Assembly (NCBI GenBank): GCA_020184695.1 | Contig: JAANOX010000052.1 | Location: 124,001-188,000, forward strand | Direction of reading: 5' to 3' | DNA length: 64,000 nucleotides | Source of the DNA: Histomonas meleagridis 2922-C6/04-290x | Taxonomy: Eukaryota > Protista > Parabasalia | Shown: positions 42,339-53,397 of the stretch, one piece after another | Numbering within the stretch: the stretch's first letter is position 1 | Layout: each line of letters starts with the position of its first letter | Program-made: the position numbers and the translations under genes | Notes under the pieces: model-generated | What the model saw: only the letters and a program-made list of their open reading frames with translations | Told to the model about the DNA's origin: nothing | The model's database searches: none

Positions 42339-43514
42339 ATGTTATGTTCTTTACTTGAAGACAAATTCGAGAAACTTCCTGATCTATCACCAACCCAAGT
42401 CTGCCTCTTTGACAAACGCGTTACAGCGTTTTGTATAAGCTTTCATGGTAATATTTTTGCGTTTGGTTTTTCTATTGGGAAAATTCTTCTTTGTGATTCC
42501 AGATGCTTAGAAAGCAAAAGATACTTTGATGGAGACACCACCGATATATCATCTCTTTCATTTTCGAGAGACACTCTTTTTATTGCGTCAGGTTCCATAA
42601 GTGGGAAATTTGTCATTCATTCCATCACAAGAAAAACAGTTGAATTTCTATATGAATTTGACAGTCCAATTGCATATGTTCAATATAGTCCCAAAGTTTC
42701 TACGTTAATATTAATCCTTCTTGAAGATAATACGTTATATTTACTTGAACAACAAACGTTAAGGCTGATTCAGATTGCAGGGGAATATACTGCTGCAACA
42801 TGGTCAAATAAAATGGGTGAGATTTACGCGTCAACGCCCGAAAACATCATCAAAGTATTCAATCCATTAAATTTCAATGAGATTCAATCGTTCGATCTTG
42901 GACCCGAAAAGTGCCGCACTATCAGTTCAATTGTTATATCGCATAATGATCGATTTTTCTTATGTCTTGATAAAGCTGGTATTGCAAGGTTAGTTAGTAT
43001 TGAATCTAAAGTCACATGTTATACAATTGTAGATAAAGTACTTCGACTTAAATATTCAGTGGCTGCTTTTGATCTTAAAGATGAATATATGTTTCTTTCT
43101 TCTAAAAGTTATTCATCACAATCATTTATAGCTTGTGAGGTTATGACAGGAATGACAACGCATACATTTTTTGGGTTAAGTGAACCTGTTTTAAATATTG
43201 TTTTTCATCCTTTACAGCCAACGATTTATACAATTTGTAAAAATTCATTACATAAATGGACTTCTGCAGAACGATTAAGATCATTTTGTAGTATTCCCAC
43301 AAATATGTTAATAAAGTATAACAAGGATAATTACGTTAAAAGCGAAGAATTTGACCTTTTAACTGAAGAAGATGTCGAAAAACAATTAAATGATGTAAAC
43401 AAGAAGCAAATAGCTATAGTGGATTTCATGATAAACGATGATAAGGAGTTCTCTGATGATGATCTGTTTCCTAATCAAATGAAAATTTTACCTTTCGAAG
43501 AAGAAAATGAATAA
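42339..43514 (+). CDS. RBBP5: WD40 protein, RBBP5/Swd1-like (COMPASS subunit)
   Basis: WD40 repeats plus a C-terminal NYVKSEEFD...IVDF...ILP tail resembling RBBP5 NVEYEERESEFD...VDV...YLP. Confidence 0.65.
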   Translation: MLCSLLEDKFEKLPDLSPTQVCLFDKRVTAFCISFHGNIFAFGFSIGKILLCDSRCLESKRYFDGDTTDISSLSFSRDTLFIASGSISGKFVIHSITRKTVEFLYEFDSPIAYVQYSPKVSTLILILLEDNTLYLLEQQTLRLIQIAGEYTAATWSNKMGEIYASTPENIIKVFNPLNFNEIQSFDLGPEKCRTISSIVISHNDRFFLCLDKAGIARLVSIESKVTCYTIVDKVLRLKYSVAAFDLKDEYMFLSSKSYSSQSFIACEVMTGMTTHTFFGLSEPVLNIVFHPLQPTIYTICKNSLHKWTSAERLRSFCSIPTNMLIKYNKDNYVKSEEFDLLTEEDVEKQLNDVNKKQIAIVDFMINDDKEFSDDDLFPNQMKILPFEEENE

Positions 43515-43789
43515 ATGTTTATAACAGTCTGTTAATAAAAATTTTTATTAAAATACAAATTAATATCAAATTTTGCTCTCGTTTTCTATTGCAATTAACA
43601 AAATCGAAAGTTTGCCTTAAATGAAGATAATAGATCGAGAATAAAAAATATGAAATTTCAAATTAAAGTCATCAATTATATAATATGCTTAAAGGCAGCA
43701 AGAAATTTATTTAGTTTTTCTTATTGGATTATAGCTGCTTATAATCAAATGACTTAACATTCATATACCAACAATTAATACCTTTATAC

Positions 43790-45427
43790 TCATGATTTAT
43801 TAACTAATTTCTTTTCTTTCTTCTTGTTCTTTGCCTGCTCTGCCTTTATCTTTGCTATCTCCTGGCACTTTTCTGTTATATTTTCGAGCTCGAAATTTCC
43901 TTTTTCAAACTTCATCATTGCTTCACAATAGCCTATGCAGTCGGGATGCTCCTTATGATACATCACCACAGGTTCTAAAAACCCATTTTTTACCTTAAAC
44001 CTTACGACCTTTCGATCAAGTGCGCCATATCTTTCGTTAAATTCGTAATATTTAAACGGAACATATCTCGCGTTATCATTCGTTCGCGCGTATAAAATTG
44101 CAATATTCTTTGCATTTAACGCAAAATACAATTTCATCGATGGGAAAACTGGTACAAATAATGATTTCCCTGGTGGAAATGTGCGTTGAATAAATGATAT
44201 TCCATCACATCGAAACCCATTAGTTTCATACATATGTTTGACTTCATTTAACAAACGTGTGGCATTATTCATACGTGCAACAGGTCGGAATAAAAATTTA
44301 ATGTCTATGCTCGCATTATTATTAATGTTAATTTTCGGTAAAACTCCTTCCCATAAAGCGGTTAAACGGTCGTCAAGATCTGTATCGTCAAACCGTTGAT
44401 CGCCGATTTGATGCACGTCGGTTAACATGATGCCGACTGTTTGGCTACGATGGATACATACGCCACTACAAACAAGCGGAAGTGGTGTAGCTATATCTAT
44501 CGATACCTTCCATATCATATGAATATCATGAATTAAGTATAATGTGTCATTTGTAAATGCAACAACATAAAAAAATGAGCCTTCCGGAGTAAAGGTACAA
44601 CGAAAAGCATGCTTTTCAATTAAATCAAGATGTGAATTATCCCAAAAATCACATATGGGATTGGGAAGATATGCAGTTTGAGAAAATCCAGGTCCTACTG
44701 AATTATGAATGAATTCTAATAATCTTGATTCAAGAGGGTTGTCATTATGAACAATGTGTGCACCATACTTTTCGAGATTTGGGATGTAATCTAAGTATAT
44801 TTTTAAATCTGATATTTCATCATTATTGATTGGTGGCCGAATACCGGGTTTGACATTGAAACTGGGATCTAAGCGCTTAAGGCGGTCAATGACAAATTTG
44901 CTATAGGGTTTTAATTCGCGTTTCTCGATAAAAAGATTATATGCTGATTCAGCTTTCATAAAACATTCTTGAATAAGATATGTGCAAATAGCCAGACATG
45001 TTTGGTTAATACCATCCTTGCAGCAAACAACAATACAAACATTATTAGAACGACGAATTATTGAATTAACAATTTCGTTGAACTTAGATGTATTAGCAAG
45101 TCGACCTCCCCAGCCAGGAATCAAATAATGCTCAATAGATCTATTGCTCCATTCCTCATTTGGAATAAACTCATTATTCGATAAAGTTATTGCATAAATC
45201 ACCGAATTTAGGATATTTTCTGTTTTGAAGATGTTGTTATCAAGCAGTCTTGAAACTGTCCAACGTTTGCTATCTGGAAAGAGTTGATTTATTTCTTCTG
45301 GAAGTGGAGTTTTCGCAGGAACAAATACAATGCCAGATTTATTTAAAATTGAGATTGGTTTACCGATTGGCGACTTTTTGTCACACCAAAATGTTGGCAC
45401 TCTGTTCTGGAAAACAACATCTTCCAT
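43790..45427 (-). CDS. Bifunctional mRNA capping enzyme-like protein (Cys-phosphatase-type TPase + guanylyltransferase), catalytic motifs degenerate
   Basis: FVPAKTPL, VVCCKDGINQT (cf. HCTHGFNRT), TFTPEG (cf. SWKADG), CDGISF (cf. DGLIF). Confidence 0.7.
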   Translation of the reverse strand: MEDVVFQNRVPTFWCDKKSPIGKPISILNKSGIVFVPAKTPLPEEINQLFPDSKRWTVSRLLDNNIFKTENILNSVIYAITLSNNEFIPNEEWSNRSIEHYLIPGWGGRLANTSKFNEIVNSIIRRSNNVCIVVCCKDGINQTCLAICTYLIQECFMKAESAYNLFIEKRELKPYSKFVIDRLKRLDPSFNVKPGIRPPINNDEISDLKIYLDYIPNLEKYGAHIVHNDNPLESRLLEFIHNSVGPGFSQTAYLPNPICDFWDNSHLDLIEKHAFRCTFTPEGSFFYVVAFTNDTLYLIHDIHMIWKVSIDIATPLPLVCSGVCIHRSQTVGIMLTDVHQIGDQRFDDTDLDDRLTALWEGVLPKININNNASIDIKFLFRPVARMNNATRLLNEVKHMYETNGFRCDGISFIQRTFPPGKSLFVPVFPSMKLYFALNAKNIAILYARTNDNARYVPFKYYEFNERYGALDRKVVRFKVKNGFLEPVVMYHKEHPDCIGYCEAMMKFEKGNFELENITEKCQEIAKIKAEQAKNKKKEKKLVNKS

Positions 45428-45956
45428 AACGAATTAGTGCCCGTTTAAAACTCGGAACTGAGTTCTCAAAATTGGAAATGTGAATACTCATATAATATTT
45501 TGAATAATCGTAAAGTTTTCAATTTTATGTCATGGGATCGAAATTGAGTTATGTTTCATGAAATATATAAAGTAATAGTTATTTAATCTGTTAATTTTGT
45601 TCATTTAAAACAGCAAGCAAAAACAAGATAATACTGGATATAGCTATGAAAGAGAAAATAATTGAAGAATTTTGGGGGGAGCTTAAATATTCATCACAAA
45701 AATTTTTATATTTGCTAAATGTTTATATCGGCAAATATGCAAATAAACATTTCTGTATTTTACAGTTTCTTGTTTTAGCAAAGACACGTCATGTGTAGAT
45801 TTATTATTTCAATAATAAATAATTTAAATTTAATATGTAAAGTCATCTATTGTTATAATAAAAGTTTTCAAATATATAATGAAAAAATACAAATTATAAC
45901 TTATAATAATTAATTGATGATTCAAATATATATGAAAAACTGAACACCTGAGTTTA

Positions 45957-47053
45957 TTAAATCAGAAATGTTATAAATATCATTATGAATGCAATTATAG
46001 CAAAAGATTTCACGCTACTTATTTTGATTCCGCCACTTTCAATTGTGCCTGGGTCCAAATTGAACAATTCGTCATTTCCAATTGTATAGTTAACACTTTG
46101 AGGTATTCCGCTCAGGTCTATAAACTGTTTATTTTCGTCTGAAACTCGAATATCTAAATTGAAGTTTTCCACGTTTTCCCAATTAACTACAAAATTAAAA
46201 CCGAGTGTAGCATTTCTTTCATATTGTCTATATTCGAAGAATCTAAAATCGAAGTAACTTGGACCTAGCAGATGAAGATATAAAAATCCGTAGTCTTCCA
46301 AATACAATGTCAATGACTTTGGATGTGTTACGTTATCTGGAAGAATCATTGTAATGTTTGTTGGGAAATATACATATGGAGAAACCATTGGTTGAACATC
46401 TGTTGGTAATAATACATCAAGACCAATAGTATCATTATCATAAAAAGTGATATTCTAATGTCTTGTTGTATATATTCTATTTGTTGCATGGATTTGTGCA
46501 TTATCAAAATGCTTTTTCATTGATGTGATAAAATTATTTGCGTAAAATTCACCGAAAATACTACGGCTACTATCGAGTGGTGAAACAAATGTATTAAAGT
46601 GAAGATGATTCTCAAAAATGATTCGAATCTGCCATAATGAATAGACGCTGAAACATTGGTATTACTTGACTTTAAGGTAACATTTGATCTCCCGCTACTT
46701 TCCAATTCTAAAACTAAATACGATGTTCCACTAAGGTCAAGAGTGACTACTGTGTCCGTAAAGAAAGAACCAACTGTAGGATCATAGGGACTAAAATAAT
46801 CTGTAAGCAATACATTTGGAATACCTTCTATATATCGCATTTCTGTTCTTGCATAACCTTTTGAGATGTTGATGCAAAGTTGTCGACAATATTCAGATTT
46901 ATAATCATCAGAAAAATCAAGATATGCCTTGACATAATCGACTTTTTCAATATTTCCATGATAAACATGCTTTAGCGAGTAACACGATGTTTCTTTAAAC
47001 ATGAGTAACAGAAAAACCTTGAAAATGACAGCACTTTTTGGGGAATGAAACAC
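45957..47053 (-). pseudogene. Disrupted paralog of the 27024-28097 surface protein
   Basis: Frameshift at A5 run 46614-46618 and in-frame TAG at 46455-46457 separate two ORF pieces. MILPDNV..P..L.LYLE..G.L.LHL and ATLGFNFVVNW match the paralog. Confidence 0.7.
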
Positions 47054-47055
47054 AT

Positions 47056-47218
47056 AGCAAATTCATTGATTGACACAACAAATATTGAATTCTAACATAA
47101 ATACAAAGCAAATTCATTGATTGACACAACAAATATTGAATTCTAACATAAATACAAAGCAAATTCATTGATTGACACAACAAATATCGAATTCTAACAT
47201 AAATACACAGCAAATTCA
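47056..47218. repeat. 51-bp minisatellite, ~3.2 copies
   Basis: agcaaattcattgattgacacaacaaatattgaattctaacataaatacaa starts at 47056, 47107, 47158, 47209. Confidence 0.95.
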
Positions 47219-47319
47219 ATTAACACCAAACAAATTTGCGACAATTCGATGTTCCACATCATGAAATCCCTTCATCGAACATAAACATACAACATATTCA
47301 GTAACATTTTAATATATTT

Positions 47320-50300
47320 TTACTTCAGCGTATCAAATAATTTCTTTACATTTGGCATTGGGTTATTCATATTTGCGTAATTCTTCAGTTTCTCCATATC
47401 AAACTTTGGCGTTTTGTGGGCAGGCAACATCAGAATCATTTTGCACAATTCGTCCAAGTTTTCGCACTCGATGTTTTCCAATCTTCTGTAGCACGCGTTG
47501 ACGTACGACTGGAACAAATCATTATCGGATATTATTTTTACGCAATTAAACGACGCCTTAATTGCGATGAAGTTACCATTGTTTACAGCGTCTATCATTG
47601 CGTTTATTAAGTTCTCTTTGTTTATGTTAAATTTCTTATTAATTTCTACAATACAATTAAAAGCAGCAGCTCTAAAAACACTTTTTTGTCTCATTAATTG
47701 TTTTTCTATTATTGGAACGAAATCATTTTCATTTAAGTCATCGATTAAAGGAATCATTAAAGTAATTACATCAATTAAGTTCTCTTTATACGGATAAAGT
47801 CTTCCATCAATTAAAGGAATAACTTTATCAAATAATTGTTTCATTGTGCGTAATATATCTTCTTTAAGATTTTCCACAATTTTTAATAAACATTTACAAC
47901 CGATTGAACGAAATATATTTTTTTGTGCTTCAATTCCATATTTGAAACAAAAGTCAATGAATTTATTTGGTGATGAATTAATTTCTATTGTTATAGGGAT
48001 ATCATCTCTAAGTAATATTTTATATTCTTTTATATTATCATCGGAACAACTTGCAAATAATATTAATGGTGACATTGTTGACCTTAAACAATTATTACTA
48101 TTAATTTGTTTAAGGATTAATCCGACAATTTCGAATTTTTCTTCATTAAAATATAAGTCGAATATTAATGAATCATATTCATAAATTTCTTCTTTGACAT
48201 AATATATACAATTAATAGAATGTGTAATTATATTTGATATTAATTTAATGATGTTTTCATTTTTCTCGATTTTAATATATGTAAATATCTTTGGGATTAA
48301 TCCTTCGATTTCATCACAAATTAACATTCGTTTCGTAGATCGAATTAATGTATCATAAGCATAAAATATCGCAAATCGTTGTGAGTCCAAAATGATCATT
48401 GTATTCATTAATTTAATTACCATGTTAAAGAATTCTTTTAAATTAATATCAACACATTTAAACACTAAATTCGTATAAACATTCCATATATCTGATGTAA
48501 TCATATCATTAATATTAATATTTAATGATAACCCATTAAATAATGAATTAAATAAAACTAAAATATCATTAATATCTGTTAATATCGGAAGAAATTCATT
48601 TGTCCATTTAATCGATAATTTAACTAATGATAATTTTCGTGTGTCAAATAATTGATTAATAATATCTAATATTAAATGTTGTAAATTATTATTTATAATT
48701 TTTTTATCAAATTTTTGGAATATTTTATCAAGTAATTTAACTCCTAATAAACTAATTTCTTCGACGGGTGAAAAGATAATCTTTATGACAATTATAGATA
48801 ACTTTTCAAAATATATATTTAATTGTTCATTAGTAATCCGTGTTATTATATCATATATACAATTAATGTTTTGTTGTTGGATTTCCCATTCATTTTGTTC
48901 ATAATCAATGACATTAATTATATCAGAAATTATTAATTTCTTTCCGCCATCTGTCGAATATTTCCATAATGTTCGAAAGTTTTTGGATGTCGTTTCATTT
49001 GGTGAAAATGAATAATAATAAAATTTGGATGAATATGTTTCAATGTTTTCAACTTTCGGTGTTGGAATATCAATTCCATTAAAGATTAAATATTCCGGTT
49101 CAATTAATATTAACAATAAATTAATAAATGATTTGACGTCTTTGGACATTTTAAGTAAGTTCATTACAAATTGTGATCGTGGTTGTCCTGTTAAATATTG
49201 AACTGTTTCATTTTCTGGCTTATTTTTACCAAGAATTGCTGACTCTATTTCTGTTTTATGATCTGATTTAAGATATAAAATGTTTAATCCAATTTCTCCT
49301 ACAATTCGAACAATTCCATTTTCTGAACTACTACAAAATAATAATGTTCGAGTTACAAACCATAAACGTTTTGGTTCTTTTTGAAGTGTATTAATTAAAT
49401 ATAATAAAAATATCGATGAATTCCTTCGTGATTTTTCTGATTTCATTCCCGTATCTATTAAATCCATGATAAAATCTTCTGAAACAATTTTCGTAAGTTT
49501 CCTTGCAGCAATAACTATGATTTCAATTCGTTCACTTGTTAAAAATGGTGGTTCAAATAACTTTTGCGTTAATCTTTTACATAACTCTTCATTTGTTGAT
49601 GCTATTTCTGATAATATTTCAATCCCAATTGAATCATTTGATATAATAGGATATAATTTATTAAAATGTGTTTCATTAAGGATACCACGTTTAGCCATGG
49701 CCATCAAACAATTCTTCCCTAGATTTGATCTCCCAGAAGTTGTTAATAAGCCAAATGCTTCATCAAATTGATCGGTGAAGTACGATAGAAACGCAACTTT
49801 GCAGTGACCGTTTAACTTTGATGCGATTTCTTCGACGTTAATTGAACATTTTGACCACGATAAAAACTTCGAAATAGAATCAACAATAGAAGGATCTGAT
49901 TCAGTAATAATATAATCAATGAAATTATGAGGATCAAAAGTATTATCTATGGGTAAATTTTCTGAGATATATACTAAAAATTGAGAGATTTCTTGAGCTG
50001 AATTAGGACAAGATCTTAAACATTTTACTATGAAATCATAAGGAAGTGGATACGCCGGCGTACAAATGCAAGCAAAATTAAAAAGAGTTGATACATTACG
50101 TGTGTTTGAAGATTGCAAAAAGAAATTAAAAAATTGTTTATCAGATATAATGACATCAAATAATGATGAGATTAATGGTGGCTCAGCTTTATCATTCATT
50201 ATAGTATATCTAAACCCATTTGTATATGAAAATGAATATGGATGAAGAATTTGTCGACACTCATCAGAAAAATTTTGATCTGTCATTAAAGTACATGCTA

Positions 50301-51444
50301 TAACTTTCGTTTTTGGCTCATCAAATGTATAAATTTGTCTCATTAATGTTAATGCAATTGATTCCCCATCATATGCTTGATTTTCTAAAAATTTTAATAA
50401 CGAATCTGACGGAACGATAAAGGAAGAGAATAAGTAAAGTATTGAATTTTTCTGTTCATTTGAAATTTTGTGGTTTTTAAAAATAGATTTGAAAAATGAA
50501 TAATCCTTTGAATAGGATAAATAGCACTTCTTTAAAAGAGTCCTTAAACATGATAAATATGTTTCCATAATATTCATGTTACGTGAACTTGGTATGAAAT
50601 GATTAATTGAAGTAAGAATTGATTGTGAAATCTGTCGTAGAAATGGCTGTATAACACCTGGGGGTGAAATGTTGAGCTGATGTTCAAGACATGGATAAGC
50701 ATTTTCTAAATTTAAATTTTGAATTATTTTATCGATTGGAAATTGTTCGGATATAAATGTGAGTATTCGAAGGGCTCTGTTACGCTCTTCGGGTTTGAAG
50801 TTTTCGAAATTTGGAAGGATTCCATTGATAATTGATTTGGAATTAAATTTGGAAAAATCTGTATTGTCAATTTCATCAAACTTAAGAGCAAAGAATAAGA
50901 AAAGATTTGCATTATTTGAAAAACAGGAATAATGATTTTTAACAAATGGAACCATGGATTTTAAATCAGCATCACTCATATTTAGAAGATAACTTTGGTT
51001 CTTTTGAATGGCGTACATAAATACATTTGAGTCAATGTTCGAATTATTTTTAAGATATAAAGAAAAAATCATTTGTTGAATAGATGTAGGAATATTTGGA
51101 AATTTGTTCATTAAGTTTATAAGAACTGGAACTAATTGATTTGTTGGGGCTCTTTCTATTCCAATTTTTAAAAAAATAGCTGTGATATTTTTTTGTAAAA
51201 TAATTTTTGAGTCCATAAGATCAACAAGTTCATTTAGTGGCAGTTGAACAGACGTGTGACCTTTTATAAATACTATAAAATCATTAACTGCTTTTACAAC
51301 CTTTTTCTGTTCTGTCGGTGATTTTGCATTTATTGATTTTAATAACATAGGAACATTTTTATTGATAAGTTCTTGAATTTTTTCAGGTGTTTTTGCTTGA
51401 TAAAGTGATAGAAGAATTAAATCAAATTCTTCTTCTTTTTCCAT
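47320..51444 (-). CDS. ECM29: ECM29-like proteasome adaptor (HEAT repeats)
   Basis: N-terminus INKNVPMLLKSIN...KKVVKAV...VQLPLNELV...IFLKIGIER resembles ECM29; long HEAT/ARM body. Confidence 0.7.
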   Translation of the reverse strand: MEKEEEFDLILLSLYQAKTPEKIQELINKNVPMLLKSINAKSPTEQKKVVKAVNDFIVFIKGHTSVQLPLNELVDLMDSKIILQKNITAIFLKIGIERAPTNQLVPVLINLMNKFPNIPTSIQQMIFSLYLKNNSNIDSNVFMYAIQKNQSYLLNMSDADLKSMVPFVKNHYSCFSNNANLFLFFALKFDEIDNTDFSKFNSKSIINGILPNFENFKPEERNRALRILTFISEQFPIDKIIQNLNLENAYPCLEHQLNISPPGVIQPFLRQISQSILTSINHFIPSSRNMNIMETYLSCLRTLLKKCYLSYSKDYSFFKSIFKNHKISNEQKNSILYLFSSFIVPSDSLLKFLENQAYDGESIALTLMRQIYTFDEPKTKVIACTLMTDQNFSDECRQILHPYSFSYTNGFRYTIMNDKAEPPLISSLFDVIISDKQFFNFFLQSSNTRNVSTLFNFACICTPAYPLPYDFIVKCLRSCPNSAQEISQFLVYISENLPIDNTFDPHNFIDYIITESDPSIVDSISKFLSWSKCSINVEEIASKLNGHCKVAFLSYFTDQFDEAFGLLTTSGRSNLGKNCLMAMAKRGILNETHFNKLYPIISNDSIGIEILSEIASTNEELCKRLTQKLFEPPFLTSERIEIIVIAARKLTKIVSEDFIMDLIDTGMKSEKSRRNSSIFLLYLINTLQKEPKRLWFVTRTLLFCSSSENGIVRIVGEIGLNILYLKSDHKTEIESAILGKNKPENETVQYLTGQPRSQFVMNLLKMSKDVKSFINLLLILIEPEYLIFNGIDIPTPKVENIETYSSKFYYYSFSPNETTSKNFRTLWKYSTDGGKKLIISDIINVIDYEQNEWEIQQQNINCIYDIITRITNEQLNIYFEKLSIIVIKIIFSPVEEISLLGVKLLDKIFQKFDKKIINNNLQHLILDIINQLFDTRKLSLVKLSIKWTNEFLPILTDINDILVLFNSLFNGLSLNININDMITSDIWNVYTNLVFKCVDINLKEFFNMVIKLMNTMIILDSQRFAIFYAYDTLIRSTKRMLICDEIEGLIPKIFTYIKIEKNENIIKLISNIITHSINCIYYVKEEIYEYDSLIFDLYFNEEKFEIVGLILKQINSNNCLRSTMSPLILFASCSDDNIKEYKILLRDDIPITIEINSSPNKFIDFCFKYGIEAQKNIFRSIGCKCLLKIVENLKEDILRTMKQLFDKVIPLIDGRLYPYKENLIDVITLMIPLIDDLNENDFVPIIEKQLMRQKSVFRAAAFNCIVEINKKFNINKENLINAMIDAVNNGNFIAIKASFNCVKIISDNDLFQSYVNACYRRLENIECENLDELCKMILMLPAHKTPKFDMEKLKNYANMNNPMPNVKKLFDTLK

Positions 51445-51655
51445 GTATTCCCCTATTAACACTTTTCACATCAAATGTCCGCCAGACCAATTAAAAAACT
51501 TTGCTAACTTGAGCAAAAGGAAAAAAGGAGCTTTTATGATTTGAGCAATGGGTGCCTTTCAGATTTTTCAAATTTAAAATAATTTTAAGAATAATTAAAT
51601 TATATTTGAAATATGAATAATAATAATAAAAATACAAACAAATTTACGTAAATGA

Positions 51656-52186
51656 TTATGAACCATCAAAGGAAAGGATCAGGTTTCTGCCATCAAAGTA
51701 ACTTTGTGATTTACCATTAATTGATGGAAGATATGTCTTCTTTCTTTCAGGTCGGTGGAAAGAAGGAACATTTGGTCGTTGTAGCTCAGGGAGATTGTAT
51801 GATCCGGGACCAGGCGTCATTGCTGTTTCTTTTTCATTTGCATAACATGAAACTCGATGCCCCCTAGGAATTGTTCCTATCTTTGGTTGGATTTTGTGGC
51901 TTTTAACATTTGGACTATATGAATCAGGTGAAGGATTTTTATTTCCTTTTGCAAATTCAAGTCTTCGAGAAACATTTGAAGTAAACCCAGTTCCATACCC
52001 TCTATTTGAGTAAATATGGGTGTTGTTTTGTTGTGGTGAATATTTCCCTGGTCCAGGAATATTTTGAAAATTTGGAGCTGGTCGTGCTGGTGCAGCAGAA
52101 CCAAATCCAAATGGTTCATTACTTTGGCTTGTTAGAACAATATAATGTTTCTGTTGAATTGTTTGATTCCTTTTTTTATTCGCCAT
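51656..52186 (-). CDS. STPG/SHIPPO-repeat (PGPGxY) protein
   Basis: IPGPGKYSP, NPSPDSYSP, TPGPGSYN. Confidence 0.75.
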   Translation of the reverse strand: MANKKRNQTIQQKHYIVLTSQSNEPFGFGSAAPARPAPNFQNIPGPGKYSPQQNNTHIYSNRGYGTGFTSNVSRRLEFAKGNKNPSPDSYSPNVKSHKIQPKIGTIPRGHRVSCYANEKETAMTPGPGSYNLPELQRPNVPSFHRPERKKTYLPSINGKSQSYFDGRNLILSFDGS

Positions 52187-52344
52187 TTAATTTTCCCTCC
52201 AAAAATGTTGAGGTAACGTATTTATGACATGTCATGTGAAAATTAAAAGTTCGCATCAAAATAAATTCCAAAACAAAAATATCTTAAAGTTTAGTAATCT
52301 AAATTTATTAAGAAACAATTTTATGTAATATTTGTATGATTTTT

Positions 52345-53367
52345 CTAATATATTCCGCAGCATCCTCCTTTTCCTTTATTTGTATTTTCTGACTCAGTTT
52401 TTTCATTATTTTCTTCTTCTTCAACAGAAACTATTTCCGGTTCGAGATTTTCTTGCGTTTCTTGGTTTTTATTCATTTCTTCTGTTTCTGTCTTATAGAA
52501 GTATTCCCAACTAAAGTTATTTCGATTAAATGAGAACATAAACATGTCGTTATTAATCAACGAGAAGATTCGTTCATAGTTCGGCTCGTCTTTAAACTGA
52601 AGCGAACTTATATACTCGAAGATTTTTCTGAAATTAGCCGATAGCTTATTGGTAAGTTGCTCAATTGGACAATTGATTTTAGCTTCCAAAATTTCGTTGT
52701 TTCCATGAAGGTTTCGCCATGGAAGTTTGTGACTAAGTTCAACAACTGAATAAAACCAACAAATTAAATCATCACATCGACCAACATCTTTCTCACTAAG
52801 AGCGTTTATAGATGCATACTTTCGTGTCCCTGAAAAATGTCCATCTTTTGGCTCAAGAAGTTCATGTGTATTAAAATCAATATATGGTTTTGTAATTCCA
52901 AAGTCAATAAGAATGAGTGGATGTTCTTGGCTGTTGTTAATAAGAAAATTACTTGGTTTAATATCACAATGAACATAACCTTGTTCATGTAAACTTTGGA
53001 TAATTTTGAGCATTTCATATGCAATTAAATATACATGTCTGGAAATTAATGAGCCGAAATGATTTTTCCTAATTTGGGAAACAGATGGACCGTATTGGTC
53101 CATTACAAAATATTCGAAATCTTGATATTGACCAGAATCATAAACTTTAGGAAAGCTTCCTGGTTTTAAAGAAGAAATTATTTCAATTTCCCGTTCAAGA
53201 GCTTTTTTAGGAGCATTAATGTTTTCTGTTTTCATAGCAAATTTCTTTCCATTTTCATCTTTTACTTGATACACATCACCAAATCCACCTTGGCCTAAAA
53301 GAGAAATTATGGTGTACTTTGATACCTTTGTTTGAGGCTCTAGCGTTTGCCGATCCTCCTTCTTCAT
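52345..53367 (-). CDS. Casein kinase 1/TTBK-family kinase
   Basis: GQGGFG, AMK, HCDIKPSN, LIDFG, GTRKYAS, DDL..W.Y; C-terminal CC. Confidence 0.93.
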   Translation of the reverse strand: MKKEDRQTLEPQTKVSKYTIISLLGQGGFGDVYQVKDENGKKFAMKTENINAPKKALEREIEIISSLKPGSFPKVYDSGQYQDFEYFVMDQYGPSVSQIRKNHFGSLISRHVYLIAYEMLKIIQSLHEQGYVHCDIKPSNFLINNSQEHPLILIDFGITKPYIDFNTHELLEPKDGHFSGTRKYASINALSEKDVGRCDDLICWFYSVVELSHKLPWRNLHGNNEILEAKINCPIEQLTNKLSANFRKIFEYISSLQFKDEPNYERIFSLINNDMFMFSFNRNNFSWEYFYKTETEEMNKNQETQENLEPEIVSVEEEENNEKTESENTNKGKGGCCGIY

Positions 53368-53397
53368 AAACAAACCGTTAAAAATAATCGATTTCAA

